DNA of 64,000 nt. Origin: an uncultured Candidatus Saccharibacteria bacterium (GTDB lineage: Bacteria > Patescibacteriota > Saccharimonadia > Saccharimonadales > Saccharimonadaceae). A program made the translations under genes and the position numbers. The stretch spans positions 253,193 through 317,192 of the forward strand of contig CALEJV010000003.1 of assembly GCA_937898545.1 (NCBI GenBank). The letters are read 5' to 3'. Numbering within the stretch: the first letter of the stretch is position 1; every line of letters starts with the position of its first letter. The notes beneath the pieces are model-generated. The model saw only the letters and a program-made list of their open reading frames with translations, was not told where the DNA came from and searched no databases. This document shows, piece after piece, positions 17,831 through 27,787 of the stretch.

Positions 17831-19306
17831 ATGAACTGGAAGATTATTCTTCGATCGCTCAAAAATAAAGACATGCAAAAACGCCTTGGTATCGTGCTAG
17901 GGCTCATCGTCGCCTATCGTTTCTTGGCGCACGTGCCAGTGCCGTTGGCCGAACCAAGCCGACTCAAGGATATTATCCAGAACGTCGTATCGGCGAGTGA
18001 CTTTGGTGGCTTCTTAAACATCCTGACTGGTGGAGCATTGGCCCAACTGTCTATCGTTTTGATCGGCCTTGGGCCGTTTATTAACGCCAGCATTATTACC
18101 CAGCTCCTTACCAAAGCCATCCCAAGCCTTGAGGAGATGCACAAAGATGGTGAGTCAGGCCGACGCAAGATCAATCAGTGGACGCGTATCGCTAGTGTGC
18201 CGCTGGCGATTGCTCAATCGATCGGTATCATCTACTTTTTGCGCCAATCAGTCTTGGCTGGGAGCACAACCGGTACAGTAGCTGGTTCGCTCCATGAGTG
18301 GATTGTTGCCGTAACGGCACTGACTGCTGGGTCGCTACTCTTGATGTGGCTTGGCGAGCTGATGACAGAGCAGGGCGTTGGTAATGGTATTAGCCTACTC
18401 ATCTTCGCTAGTGTGATTAGCCAGCTGCCAACCACCTTTGGGTCGATCTACTCATCGCTCTTTAATACTCAGAATGGTTCGCTCAGCGTCTTTGGCTGGT
18501 TCTCACTACCCGTTAACCCGACAACCTTCTGGACAGTAGTTATCCTCGGGACAATCGGCCTCATCCTACTTTATCTCCTCGTTAAGATTAACGAAGCACA
18601 GCGCATTGTCACGATCAATTATGCCAAGCGGGTTGGCGGCAATAGCTCGTATGGTGGCATTAAGAGTATCTTGCCTATCAAGCTCATCGCTGCGGGTGTG
18701 GTACCAGTTATTTTTGCAGTGGCATTCCTCAGCTTGCCAGCTTTTGTGGGGCAGCTATTACATGCGACACCTGGTGCAAATCAGCAATTAGCAAATAACC
18801 TTATCCAGTGGTTCCAGGCACCGACCGCTCAAACATACGCCACCGGTGGCTTGACAGTGCTTATTTACCCATCGATCTACTTCTTACTCGTCATTGCCTT
18901 TACCTACTTCTATACTGGTATCGTCTTTAATGCGAGTGAGATTACGGAGAGTCTTGAAAACCAAGGCGGCTTCATTGAAGGGATTCGCCCTGGCCCAACC
19001 ACTGAAAAATATCTGTCACGCACCGTCAATCGGCTTAACCTGTTTGGGTCGCTTGCCCTGGGGATCATCGCCATCATTCCGTTTGCGATCGACTACGTCT
19101 TTGCGCAGCTTGGCATTAATGCTAATAACATGGCAATCGGTGGTACGAGCCTGCTCATTGTCGTCACAGTTGGCCTCGAGACACTCCGTCAGATTAACTC
19201 ACGAGCGCTGATGGTAACATATGACGACTTCTCAGTCGATGACCTTGATACTAAGCCAAAGAAGCGCGGCTTACTCGGCCGGCGGCGTACTGCCGCAAAG
19301 GCATAA
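17831..19306 (+). CDS. secY: Preprotein translocase subunit SecY
   Basis: LGPFINASII.QLL, GVGNGISL.IF, AGVVPVIFA, GFIEGIRPG..T.KYL and GGTSLLIVV.V.LET. Confidence 0.98.
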   Translation: MNWKIILRSLKNKDMQKRLGIVLGLIVAYRFLAHVPVPLAEPSRLKDIIQNVVSASDFGGFLNILTGGALAQLSIVLIGLGPFINASIITQLLTKAIPSLEEMHKDGESGRRKINQWTRIASVPLAIAQSIGIIYFLRQSVLAGSTTGTVAGSLHEWIVAVTALTAGSLLLMWLGELMTEQGVGNGISLLIFASVISQLPTTFGSIYSSLFNTQNGSLSVFGWFSLPVNPTTFWTVVILGTIGLILLYLLVKINEAQRIVTINYAKRVGGNSSYGGIKSILPIKLIAAGVVPVIFAVAFLSLPAFVGQLLHATPGANQQLANNLIQWFQAPTAQTYATGGLTVLIYPSIYFLLVIAFTYFYTGIVFNASEITESLENQGGFIEGIRPGPTTEKYLSRTVNRLNLFGSLALGIIAIIPFAIDYVFAQLGINANNMAIGGTSLLIVVTVGLETLRQINSRALMVTYDDFSVDDLDTKPKKRGLLGRRRTAAKA

Positions 19307-19329
19307 AGGCTATCACTAGTATATCTCAC

Positions 19330-19365
19330 AAAAATACCGCCACCTCTGTCTGTGACGGTATTTTT
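19330..19365 (+). terminator. Intrinsic terminator after secY
   Basis: AAAAATACCG...CGGTATTTTT hairpin. Confidence 0.7.
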
Positions 19366-19702
19366 GATATGGTATTCTATAATAATTCGTTCATGAGCCT
19401 TTAGAACGTGCGCTATGAGTGGCATAGTGTTCTATCATTGCAATTCAATATAGAAGGGGGAGGATGCAGAACCGTAGCGGGATAGAGGCTGTTGAATAAT
19501 GGTGAGCTTTTAAGCCTATACGTCGTGAAAGCCTAGGGGGTGCTATGTTTAGAAGTTGCTTATCGCAAAAGCTACCTCTCTTACGGCTCCATTCTGACAT
19601 AAGAATAGTGCCATCCATAATCTCACAATAATTAATGCAAAAAGCTGGCTACTCCTCTTTACTCCTACAGAGAAATAGCGTATAATACGAAGCTGTATAT
19701 CT

Positions 19703-19927
19703 ATGGCAAGTTCGAAAGAAGTTATCAAATTGCGCGGCAAGGTAGTGGAAGCACTGCCTAATACGCAATTTAAGGTAGAATTAGAGAACGGCCTAAGCAT
19801 TATCGCTCACATCAGCGGCAAGATGCGCAAGCATCACATCCGTTTGGTCCCAGGCGATACCGTGGAAGTCGAGTTAACCCCGTACGATCTCACGAAGGGC
19901 AGAATCGTCTTCCGCGCACGCGTTTAA
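19703..19927 (+). CDS. infA: Translation initiation factor IF-1
   Basis: [26 protein letters not shown]...IR...GD.V.VE.TPYD.TKGRI. Confidence 0.98.
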   Translation: MASSKEVIKLRGKVVEALPNTQFKVELENGLSIIAHISGKMRKHHIRLVPGDTVEVELTPYDLTKGRIVFRARV

Positions 19928-20004
19928 TAACGTAGAGCGGCGGCCTGATATCACCGCTGTTCTCAGTAACGGCAGGTTTTTCCTGTAGGGAGATTTGTAC
20001 GCTC

Positions 20005-20121
20005 ATGAAAGTTCGTGCGAGTGTCAAAAAGATCAGCCCCGATGATCAGCTGGTCCGGCGCAAAGGCCGACTCCGTGTCATCAACAAGAAAAAACCTAAG
20101 AATAAGCAAAGGCAGGGTTAA
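20005..20121 (+). CDS. rpmJ: 50S ribosomal protein L36, zinc-free type (missed by the ORF track)
   Basis: Hand-translated [38 protein letters not shown] (38 aa); syntenic between infA and rpsM. Confidence 0.97.
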   Translation: MKVRASVKKISPDDQLVRRKGRLRVINKKKPKNKQRQG

Positions 20122-20123
20122 GC

Positions 20124-20510
20124 ATGGCTCGAATTGCTGGGGTAGTTATCCCATCAGACAAGCAAGTGCACATTGCTCTTACCTACATCCATGGTATTGG
20201 GCGCACGCTTGCTCGAGACATCCTTGCGGCGGCAAAGATTGAGCCGACCACTCGGGTGAAAGATCTCACCGAGGCTGAGGAGCAGAAACTTCGCGACATT
20301 ATCGACAAAGATTATGTCACTGAAGGCGATCTGCAACGCCTGGTGACCAACAATATCAAACGCCTTAAAGACATTGGTGCATACCGCGGCTTGAGGCACA
20401 AAAATGGCTTGCCAACACGCGGTCAGCGCACTCGAACGAACGCACGAACTCGCAAGGGTAAGGCGATCGCCGTCGGCGGGGCACAGCCAAAGGCAGCAAG
20501 CAAGACGTAG
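20124..20510 (+). CDS. rpsM: 30S ribosomal protein S13
   Basis: [16 protein letters not shown] and [23 protein letters not shown]. Confidence 0.99.
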   Translation: MARIAGVVIPSDKQVHIALTYIHGIGRTLARDILAAAKIEPTTRVKDLTEAEEQKLRDIIDKDYVTEGDLQRLVTNNIKRLKDIGAYRGLRHKNGLPTRGQRTRTNARTRKGKAIAVGGAQPKAASKT

Positions 20511-20525
20511 GAGAAAGGACGAGAT

Positions 20526-20915
20526 ATGGCACAAGCAAAATCTACCAAGAAAAAGCAGCGCCGATCAGTCCCATCTGGTCAGCTGCATGTACAGGCAACC
20601 TTTAACAACACTATTGTCACATTTGCAGATAGCAAGGGCAACGTCTTGACCGCTGCCAGCGCTGGTGCATGTGGCTTCCGTGGGAGCAAGAAAGGTACAG
20701 CCTATGCAGCACAGATTGCTGCAGAAAAAGCCGCAGAAGCTGCCAAGAGTAGCTATGGCGTCCGCACCGTTGATGTATTCGTCAAGGGTGTTGGGCTGGG
20801 CCGAGATGCGGCAATTCGCGCAATGAGCAACTTCGACATTGCCGTCAATAGCATCAAAGATGTAACGGGTGTGCCACACGGTGGCGTTCGCCCACGAAAG
20901 GCAAGGAGGGCGTAA
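20526..20915 (+). CDS. rpsK: 30S ribosomal protein S11
   Basis: ATFNNTIVT, GF.GSKKGT.YAAQ and DVT.VPHGG.RP.K.RR. Confidence 0.99.
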   Translation: MAQAKSTKKKQRRSVPSGQLHVQATFNNTIVTFADSKGNVLTAASAGACGFRGSKKGTAYAAQIAAEKAAEAAKSSYGVRTVDVFVKGVGLGRDAAIRAMSNFDIAVNSIKDVTGVPHGGVRPRKARRA

Positions 20916-21533
20916 ATGGCACGAGATAGAAGCCCAATCGTGAAGCAGAGCCGCCGCGAAGGCGTGGCGCTTCACCCTAAGGCACACAAGATTTTGGCAC
21001 GCAAAAGCGGTATTCCGGGCGAGCACGCTCATGGCCGTCAGAGCAAACCAAGCATGTACGCAACCCAGCTACGTGAAAAGCAGAAAGTGCGCCGCATGTA
21101 TGGTCTACTAGAGAAGCAGTTTGCTAAGCTTATGAACGAAGCAACTCGCAAACCAGGCCTAAGCGGTGAAAACCTGCTCCGTTTTCTCGAGCTCCGGCTC
21201 GACAACGCTGTGTACCGTGCTGGCTTTGCAACGAGCCGTCGCCAGGCCCGCCAGCTGGTGAGCCACGGTCACTTTGAGCTTAATGGTCGCCGCGTCGATA
21301 TTCCATCAATCCGCCTCAAGGCAGGGGATGTCATTACCGTTCGGCCAAAGAGTGCAAAGTCTGGCTACTTTACTGCAATTGACGACATCTACGGCAACAC
21401 CTCCCAACCACCTCTGAGTTGGCTCAAGAGCGATATCAAAAAACTCAAGATCGAAGTATCGGGCGAGCCAAAGCGCGAAGAAGCTGAGGCTGGTATCAAC
21501 GAGCAACTGATTGTTGAGTACTACTCACGCTAA
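20916..21533 (+). CDS. rpsD: 30S ribosomal protein S4
   Basis: QLREKQK, LE.RLDN.VYR.GFA.SRRQARQLVSHGH and EQLIVEYYSR. Confidence 0.99.
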   Translation: MARDRSPIVKQSRREGVALHPKAHKILARKSGIPGEHAHGRQSKPSMYATQLREKQKVRRMYGLLEKQFAKLMNEATRKPGLSGENLLRFLELRLDNAVYRAGFATSRRQARQLVSHGHFELNGRRVDIPSIRLKAGDVITVRPKSAKSGYFTAIDDIYGNTSQPPLSWLKSDIKKLKIEVSGEPKREEAEAGINEQLIVEYYSR

Positions 21534-21556
21534 CAAGGGTAAGGAGAATTTTGTAC

Positions 21557-22480
21557 ATGTCTAAATTAATTCACGATCCAGCGTTGGCACGCATCGATGA
21601 CAATGGGCCGCACAGCAGCACGTTTGTCATTGAGCCACTGCACGCCAGCTACGGCAACACGCTGGGCAACAGCTTGCGCCGGGTGCTGCTGAGCAGTATC
21701 CGCGGCGGAGCCTTTACGGCTTTCCGAATGCAGGGTGCGACACATGAGTTTACCACCGTGCCTGGTGTCAAAGAAGATGTTGTTGACATCATGCTTAATC
21801 TCAAGGGCGTTGACTTGGTTGTGCACAGCGATGAGCCAGTCGAGCTGCGGCTTGAGAAGCAAGGCGCTGGTGCAGTAATCGCTGGGGATATTGCAGCCAA
21901 TGCTGAGGTTGAGGTTGTCAACCCTGAGCACGTTATCTGCACAATTGACGACCCACAGGCTAATGTCGTTATTGATCTGGTGGCCGAGGCTGGTCGGGGG
22001 TACTACCCGATCGAAGAGTCGAGTGCTAACCGGCTACACAGCGACATGATCGCCATGGACGCGCAATTTAGCCCCGTGACGCGTGTGCGCTTCAAGGTAG
22101 ATCCAACTCGTGTTGGTCAAGAAACCAATCTGGAGCGGCTTGAGATGACCGTCGAGACTGATGGTAGCTTGACACCACGCGATGCCTTCGAGCAAGCTGC
22201 GGCAATTTTGGTCAATCAATATACTGCTCTTGCTGGTAGTACAACTGTTGTATCGGCACCAGCGCTTGGCACTCAAACTGCCGAGGAAGACAACGAGCTG
22301 AACACCTCGATCGAAGACCTTGGCCTCAGCGCCCGCACCGCAAACGCGCTCATCAACAATGAGATTCGCACTGTTCATGACCTCGTCACTTTGACGGAGC
22401 AGGACCTGCGCGAGCTCAAAGGCTTTGGCAGCAAAGCCCTCGACGAAGTAAAAGATAAACTAGCAGAATTGGAGCTCTAA
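21557..22480 (+). CDS. rpoA: RNA polymerase alpha subunit
   Basis: EPL...YGNTLGNSLRRVLLSSI, HEF..VPGVKEDV and alpha-CTD IEDLGLSART.N.L. SD AAGGAG upstream; an alternative TTG start lies at 21551. Confidence 0.98.
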   Translation: MSKLIHDPALARIDDNGPHSSTFVIEPLHASYGNTLGNSLRRVLLSSIRGGAFTAFRMQGATHEFTTVPGVKEDVVDIMLNLKGVDLVVHSDEPVELRLEKQGAGAVIAGDIAANAEVEVVNPEHVICTIDDPQANVVIDLVAEAGRGYYPIEESSANRLHSDMIAMDAQFSPVTRVRFKVDPTRVGQETNLERLEMTVETDGSLTPRDAFEQAAAILVNQYTALAGSTTVVSAPALGTQTAEEDNELNTSIEDLGLSARTANALINNEIRTVHDLVTLTEQDLRELKGFGSKALDEVKDKLAELEL

Positions 22481-22885
22481 ATGCATCGACACGGATACAA
22501 AGGGCGCAAGCTCGGCCGCGAACGCGATCAACGTCGAGCCCTGCTCAAAGGCCTAGCAACCAGCTTGGTTGTTGAGGAGCGCATCGAAACAACGCTACCA
22601 AAGGCCAAAGAGTTGGTGCGCTACATCGAAAAGCTCATTACTAAAGCTAAGAAGGGTGACCTCGCTCATCGCCGCGCTGTCATTGCTGGGCTCAGCACAC
22701 AAGCTGCAGCAATCAAGCTGGTTGACCAGATTGCCCCGCAACTCGGTCATCGGCCAAGTGGTCACGTGCGTGTGTATCGGACACGCCTGCGCCGTGGTGA
22801 TGGCGCGCAGATGGCAATGATTGAGTTTGTTGACGAGCTCAAGCCAATGCCTAAGCCCGAGGCAACCACAAAGGAGGCGAAGTAG
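22481..22885 (+). CDS. rplQ: 50S ribosomal protein L17
   Basis: MHRHG...RKLGR...RRALL..L, IETT.PKAKE and RRGDGA.MA.IE.V. Confidence 0.99.
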   Translation: MHRHGYKGRKLGRERDQRRALLKGLATSLVVEERIETTLPKAKELVRYIEKLITKAKKGDLAHRRAVIAGLSTQAAAIKLVDQIAPQLGHRPSGHVRVYRTRLRRGDGAQMAMIEFVDELKPMPKPEATTKEAK

Positions 22886-22887
22886 TT

Positions 22888-23325
22888 ATGGCTCACAAAA
22901 CATTTTCGCAAAAGCCAGCCGATGTTAGCCGGCGCTGGATTTTGATCGACGCGAGCCAAGCACCACTTGGCCGCACCGCAACAACCATTGCACAGTACTT
23001 GGTTGGCAAATATAAGCCAACTTACACGCCGCACGTCGATGGAGGCGACTACGTTGTCGTCATCAACGCAGCTAAGGCTGTTGTGACTGGCAAGAAAGAG
23101 ACGGACAAGATCTACTACCATCACAGTGGTTTCCCTGGTGGTATCAAAGACGCTCAGCTCAAGGAAGTGCGCGAAAACGCACCAGAGCGCATCATTACTG
23201 CTGCTGTGAAGGGTATGCTACCCAAAAACAAGCTTGCAGCAGATCGCCTAGCTCGTCTCCGCGTCTTTGCTGGCGAAGAGCACGCCCACACCGCACAGCA
23301 ACCAGAGAAAGTAGAGGTACAATAA
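22888..23325 (+). CDS. rplM: 50S ribosomal protein L13
   Basis: W.LIDA....LGR.A, GKYKPTYTPHVDGGDYVVVINA, HHSGFPGG and AVKGMLPKN. Confidence 0.99.
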   Translation: MAHKTFSQKPADVSRRWILIDASQAPLGRTATTIAQYLVGKYKPTYTPHVDGGDYVVVINAAKAVVTGKKETDKIYYHHSGFPGGIKDAQLKEVRENAPERIITAAVKGMLPKNKLAADRLARLRVFAGEEHAHTAQQPEKVEVQ

Positions 23326-23724
23326 ATGGCACAAGCAACATACGACTATGGCCTTGGCCGGCGCAAAAGCGCTACTGCCCGCGCTCGACTGGTCAAAGGT
23401 AAGGGAAATATAACGATCAATGGCAAGTCGGCGCTTGACTACCTGTCAGGCAACAAGACATTGCTAGCTGAAGTAACCGACCCACTAGCCTTGGTTGGCA
23501 AGCAAAAAGAGTTTGATGTTACCGTCCTGGTGAAGGGTGGTGGCCTCAGCGGTCAGGTTGATGCTATCAAGATGGCGATCGCTAAAGCGATTACCGTTGG
23601 TGCACCAGACCTGCGCGGCACACTCAAGAAGGCCGAATTCTTGCGCCGCGACCCACGCGAAAAAGAGCGCAAAAAATACGGCTTGCGCAGCGCCCGCAAA
23701 CGCGAGCAGTACTCGAAGCGTTAA
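23326..23724 (+). CDS. rpsI: 30S ribosomal protein S9
   Basis: GRRKSA.AR, GGG.SGQ..AI and RDPREKERKKYG...AR...Q.SKR. Confidence 0.99.
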   Translation: MAQATYDYGLGRRKSATARARLVKGKGNITINGKSALDYLSGNKTLLAEVTDPLALVGKQKEFDVTVLVKGGGLSGQVDAIKMAIAKAITVGAPDLRGTLKKAEFLRRDPREKERKKYGLRSARKREQYSKR

Positions 23725-23912
23725 GCATTTTGCCTGCTTCATAACATACCCTGTCAGCATGGCAGGGTATGTTGCTATAGTAAAATATTACTAAGGGTGG
23801 TGAGATAGAGTAGCTTCTAAACACTAGAAGTGTTACTACAGGTCCCTTATATGCATTATGTCACCATTCTTTTGCAGCCAGCCTACCAAAAATGATACAA
23901 TACAACACTAGT

Positions 23913-24704
23913 ATGTACGACAAACTCCACGAACTATTTGGCCTGGCGTATCCACTACACACCCAGGTATTTGGCGATTGGCACGATATATCTCGACCAG
24001 TTATTGTCCTTATACACGGTATCGGGGTGAATCATAATATTTGGCAAGGCGTACTGAATCAGCTTGGCGATCAACCAGTCTTGGCAGTCGATTTGCTAGG
24101 CTTTGGCCAATCGCGCAAGCCTGCCTGGCCCAATTATACCCTGACTGATCATGCACGTGCCCTGCGCAAAACGATTCGCCATGCTGCGCCGCTGCGCCAG
24201 GTGATCTTGTGTGGGCACTCACTTGGTACACTAGTCGCAATCGAATACACCAAGTTGTTTCCTCGCCGCGTCCAGCAGCTCGTACTGTGCTCACCACCGA
24301 TCTATCTACCAAGTGATATTGCTAAGCGCCCACTACGCGAGGCGCTGCTCAAGACAATTGGCAAAGGATTTCTTAAGGCGATCAACGCGTCACCAAAGCT
24401 CATCGGCGCAGTTAATCAGTACAAACGGACGCAGAAGAATTTTCATGTCAGCCGCGAAGGGTTTTCGCCTTATACTAAGACGGCACGCAATAGTATTTTG
24501 CTCCAGACCTCGCTCGATGATGCCTGTAATCTACCACCACTACCGATAACGATTCTCTATGGTACACTCGATGCGGTGATGGTGCCAAAGCATTTTAAGA
24601 CAATCCAGCGCCAGCGTCGCAATGTCGTAATCGAGACGGCGATTGCCGGCCACGAGATTCGCACCCGCTATGCTAAGCTTATTGCTAAGCATCTCAAACA
24701 ATAA
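23913..24704 (+). CDS. Alpha/beta-fold hydrolase
   Basis: VLIHGIG, VDLLGFGQS, nucleophile elbow GHSLG, YG..D..V and C-terminal AGHE. The start could be 23892 or 23913. Confidence 0.88.
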   Translation: MYDKLHELFGLAYPLHTQVFGDWHDISRPVIVLIHGIGVNHNIWQGVLNQLGDQPVLAVDLLGFGQSRKPAWPNYTLTDHARALRKTIRHAAPLRQVILCGHSLGTLVAIEYTKLFPRRVQQLVLCSPPIYLPSDIAKRPLREALLKTIGKGFLKAINASPKLIGAVNQYKRTQKNFHVSREGFSPYTKTARNSILLQTSLDDACNLPPLPITILYGTLDAVMVPKHFKTIQRQRRNVVIETAIAGHEIRTRYAKLIAKHLKQ

Positions 24705-24765
24705 GCCAACTATTTTTGCATGCTTGGCATGCTGGTACTGCGCACTCCTACGTCTCTCTCGATAT

Positions 24766-24798
24766 AATAAAAGCTCTCTGTAACAAGAGAGCTTTATT
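24766..24798. terminator. Bidirectional terminator between the hydrolase and GH32
   Basis: ATAAAAGCTCTCT...AGAGAGCTTTATT hairpin between convergent genes. Confidence 0.7.
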
Positions 24799-24830
24799 GT
24801 CTATTAGAGAAGAATTCTTCTTGTGCTGAG

Positions 24831-26483
24831 TTATCGCGTTCTATTTTGGAAGTTGCATAGCGTCGCCGATACGCTATTGTCAGTGCTCGACTCCACCACA
24901 ACCTGCATGTTTGGGTCACTCGAGAGCTTCATCAGCGAATAGATCTGCCCATCTGGCATAGCAATCTCAAGGCTCCCTTTGTCGGCAACGAGATAGACGA
25001 AGTAGCGCTGGCGATTTTGCCAATTATTATATACTGCATACGCCTTCTCGTACTTATTTTTCGCTTCACCAGTGATCTTCGAGCTATTCCGTTTCACCTC
25101 ATAGGTGCCAGTCTCGGTGTTGAGGTCAACGCTCACACGACTATCCTTTTGGTTGATAAAGACCCGAACGTGGCCTTTATCGTTAGCTGTATTGTTTGTA
25201 AAGTGAAGGCTAATCTCTTGCGAAGCTTTGCGATTAACTTTGAGCAACTCTTTGTGATAGCCATCAGGTGCCGTCTTGGATGTTCGGGTTGATCGCTTGG
25301 TGCGGAGGCCGCTGGTGCGCGCATTGTTATTAATCAAGCGCGACCGCACGACATACTTTCCATCCTTTTGGGTTATCGAGAGGGAATGGGTTGAGCTCAT
25401 CGAGCCGATATGTTTTGCTGCTTGACCGTCATCCTTCAGAATCTGTCCTTGTGAGTACTCCCAGTTACCCATCCAGCCAATACTCTTAACGCGTGTTGGG
25501 CTTTCTTGGTAGTAATTAGCGCCGTAGTAATCCGTTCCGTAGTCAAGCCGCTCTGGTTGCTGCTCGGCGACAAAGGTACCATTGGCTTCAAGATGGCCAA
25601 TCATGTAGTAGCTGCCTGTTGTCGAACCATATTGATAGCCATTAGCACCAAAGAGCAGCGCGTGCTTGGTAGTCTTTGTTTGTGGATCATAAAAGCTCTT
25701 GAGGTTAGGGCACTCAATAAGGCCAAGATCTTTGCCATCAAGCGTGCTACCGTTGAGCATGGTCGCACCCTGGTATTCCCACTTTTTTCCGTCAGTGCTT
25801 GAGTAGATACCAACCTTATCACCCTCAGCCAGATACATCATCAGCTTCTTGGTAGATTCATTGTACCAGACGTGTGGGTCGCGGAAGTTCTGCTCTTTGG
25901 ACTGCGCCTTCATCACTGGCTGGCTATGGTTATATGGGTGGTAGGTGCGGCCATCATCGAGTGAATATGCGGTATATTGGTGTTGGCCAGTCTCGGTATA
26001 GCTCGTGAAATAAGCAACTACTGCCGTCTTGGGTAAGTCACGGAAAAATCCATTACTATTCTGATACACCGAACCCGAAGCAACTGCCGACCAACCATTG
26101 ACAAACTTGGGAATCGCCACACCAAGATCCTCAAAGTGCTCCCAATCCTTGGTGCGAATATGATACCACTCAGTGCCATCGTTGCCCGACTTATAGTTTT
26201 TATTGAGCAGGTAGTAAAGATGGTAGTAGTCATCCGTTCCTTTGAATATTGTCTGGATGTCATTCATGAAGCCTTTTGGCGTATTGTAGTGGTTTGACTG
26301 CTGGAATCCGTCGGTATTGGTATTGGTGTTGGTAGCAATGTTTGATAGATTGCTATTGCTGGAGTTGTGAGCAGATCGTGCGTGAATATAACTCGACCCC
26401 ACGCTCAGCAGCGCAAAGCCCGCTACCAGCGCAACGAGGGTATATTTAGTGCTGTTTTTCTTCGTTTTGATGGTTTTTAGCAT
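24831..26483 (-). CDS. Secreted glycoside hydrolase family 32 (levanase / beta-fructofuranosidase)
   Basis: Signal peptide, GFMNDIQ (nucleophile), SGS, FRDP, LIECPNL (acid/base), DYG.DYY and GWMGNW.Y. GAGGAG SD upstream. Confidence 0.93.
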   Translation of the reverse strand: MLKTIKTKKNSTKYTLVALVAGFALLSVGSSYIHARSAHNSSNSNLSNIATNTNTNTDGFQQSNHYNTPKGFMNDIQTIFKGTDDYYHLYYLLNKNYKSGNDGTEWYHIRTKDWEHFEDLGVAIPKFVNGWSAVASGSVYQNSNGFFRDLPKTAVVAYFTSYTETGQHQYTAYSLDDGRTYHPYNHSQPVMKAQSKEQNFRDPHVWYNESTKKLMMYLAEGDKVGIYSSTDGKKWEYQGATMLNGSTLDGKDLGLIECPNLKSFYDPQTKTTKHALLFGANGYQYGSTTGSYYMIGHLEANGTFVAEQQPERLDYGTDYYGANYYQESPTRVKSIGWMGNWEYSQGQILKDDGQAAKHIGSMSSTHSLSITQKDGKYVVRSRLINNNARTSGLRTKRSTRTSKTAPDGYHKELLKVNRKASQEISLHFTNNTANDKGHVRVFINQKDSRVSVDLNTETGTYEVKRNSSKITGEAKNKYEKAYAVYNNWQNRQRYFVYLVADKGSLEIAMPDGQIYSLMKLSSDPNMQVVVESSTDNSVSATLCNFQNRTR

Positions 26484-26727
26484 AGTGCTCCTCAGACTTT
26501 TCTTGACATTAGCAAATCAATAAACGGTAAATTATCGTTGTCGTTTGTGTTGTTCTCCCGTCGTCTTTCTTAACTCCTCTCGTCTCGATTGCCCGAAACG
26601 AATCCTTACTATCTAGCTAACCAGAAACGCTACTCTATGTCAATGATATCGTTTCGTATAGTACCTCATATACTGCGTGTTCTGACCTCTTATTCAAACT
26701 CGCCACCGAAAATGCTATACTACATAT

Positions 26728-27762
26728 ATGTCCAAAGAAGTTATCCTCACCGGAATTCGTAGCAATGAAGAGCCAACGCTTGGCAATTATCTTGGTGCCT
26801 TTGTACCCATGGTGCAACTGCAGCAGCACTATGCTGGGCGCTACCAGCTCAATATGTTTGTGCCCGACCTGCATAGCTTTACCACACCGATCGATCACAC
26901 GACGCTCTATGAGAATACACTAACCAACCTCAAGTATTTCATTGCAGCAGGGCTCGACATCACCGATGAGCATACGTTTCTCTACCGGCAGAGCTTCATC
27001 CCAGCACACAGTGAACTAACCTGGATTTTGGACTGCTTCACTGGTTTTGGTGAGATGAGCCGGATGACGCAGTTTAAAGAAAAGTCAGCTGATAACAGTA
27101 GTAATGTTACTGTTGGGCTCTTTAACTACCCTGTCCTCATGGCGGCTGATATCCTCCTCTATAATGCTCGATGGGTGCCAGTCGGTGAGGATCAGTTCCA
27201 GCACTTGGAGATTACCCGAGATATTGCACTGCGCATGAATCGTAAATTTGGCGAGCTCTTTACTATTCCAGAGCCAACTGCCAAGCAAACCGCCTTCATC
27301 CAGCGCGACACCGGCCTACGCATCCGCAGCCTGACAAACCCAGAAAAGAAGATGAGTAAGAGTTCTAACGACCAAAAGTCCAAGATCAACCTCGCCGATA
27401 CCCCCGCCCAAGCGCGCAAAAAGATCATGGCTGCCACGACAGATTCGCTTGGCGTTATCAACTTCGACTGGCAGCGTCAGCCGGGTATTACCAATCTACT
27501 TCAACTGCTTGCAATCTTAACCGACCGCCCGCAAGCTGAGGTAAATGCCGAGTGGGTAGGGCAGACCCAATATGGTCCACTCAAGCGTGCAGTAGCTGAG
27601 GCGGTGGCTACCTTCCTCACTGATTTTCAAACACGGCTTGCGGACATTTCCGACGAGACACTGCTTGCTACTCTCGAGCGCTCTGAGCGAGCGATGAATG
27701 AGGTCGCCAACACCACGCTCCTCCGCGTACAAAAGGCGGTTGGCCTGCGGAGTACATCATGA
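26728..27762 (+). CDS. trpS: Tryptophan--tRNA ligase
   Basis: LTGI....PTLGNYLGA, F.PDLH, YPVLMAADIL, VPVGEDQ.QHLE and KMSKS. Confidence 0.98.
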   Translation: MSKEVILTGIRSNEEPTLGNYLGAFVPMVQLQQHYAGRYQLNMFVPDLHSFTTPIDHTTLYENTLTNLKYFIAAGLDITDEHTFLYRQSFIPAHSELTWILDCFTGFGEMSRMTQFKEKSADNSSNVTVGLFNYPVLMAADILLYNARWVPVGEDQFQHLEITRDIALRMNRKFGELFTIPEPTAKQTAFIQRDTGLRIRSLTNPEKKMSKSSNDQKSKINLADTPAQARKKIMAATTDSLGVINFDWQRQPGITNLLQLLAILTDRPQAEVNAEWVGQTQYGPLKRAVAEAVATFLTDFQTRLADISDETLLATLERSERAMNEVANTTLLRVQKAVGLRSTS

Positions 27763-27787
27763 GTAGAGCGCGAGATGGAGTCATTAT

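Noticed and set aside
19366-19702. Intergenic DNA between secY and infA as an adk/map pseudogene or ncRNA
   Set aside because: No adk or map peptide similarity in any frame that I could recognise, and no convincing structure.
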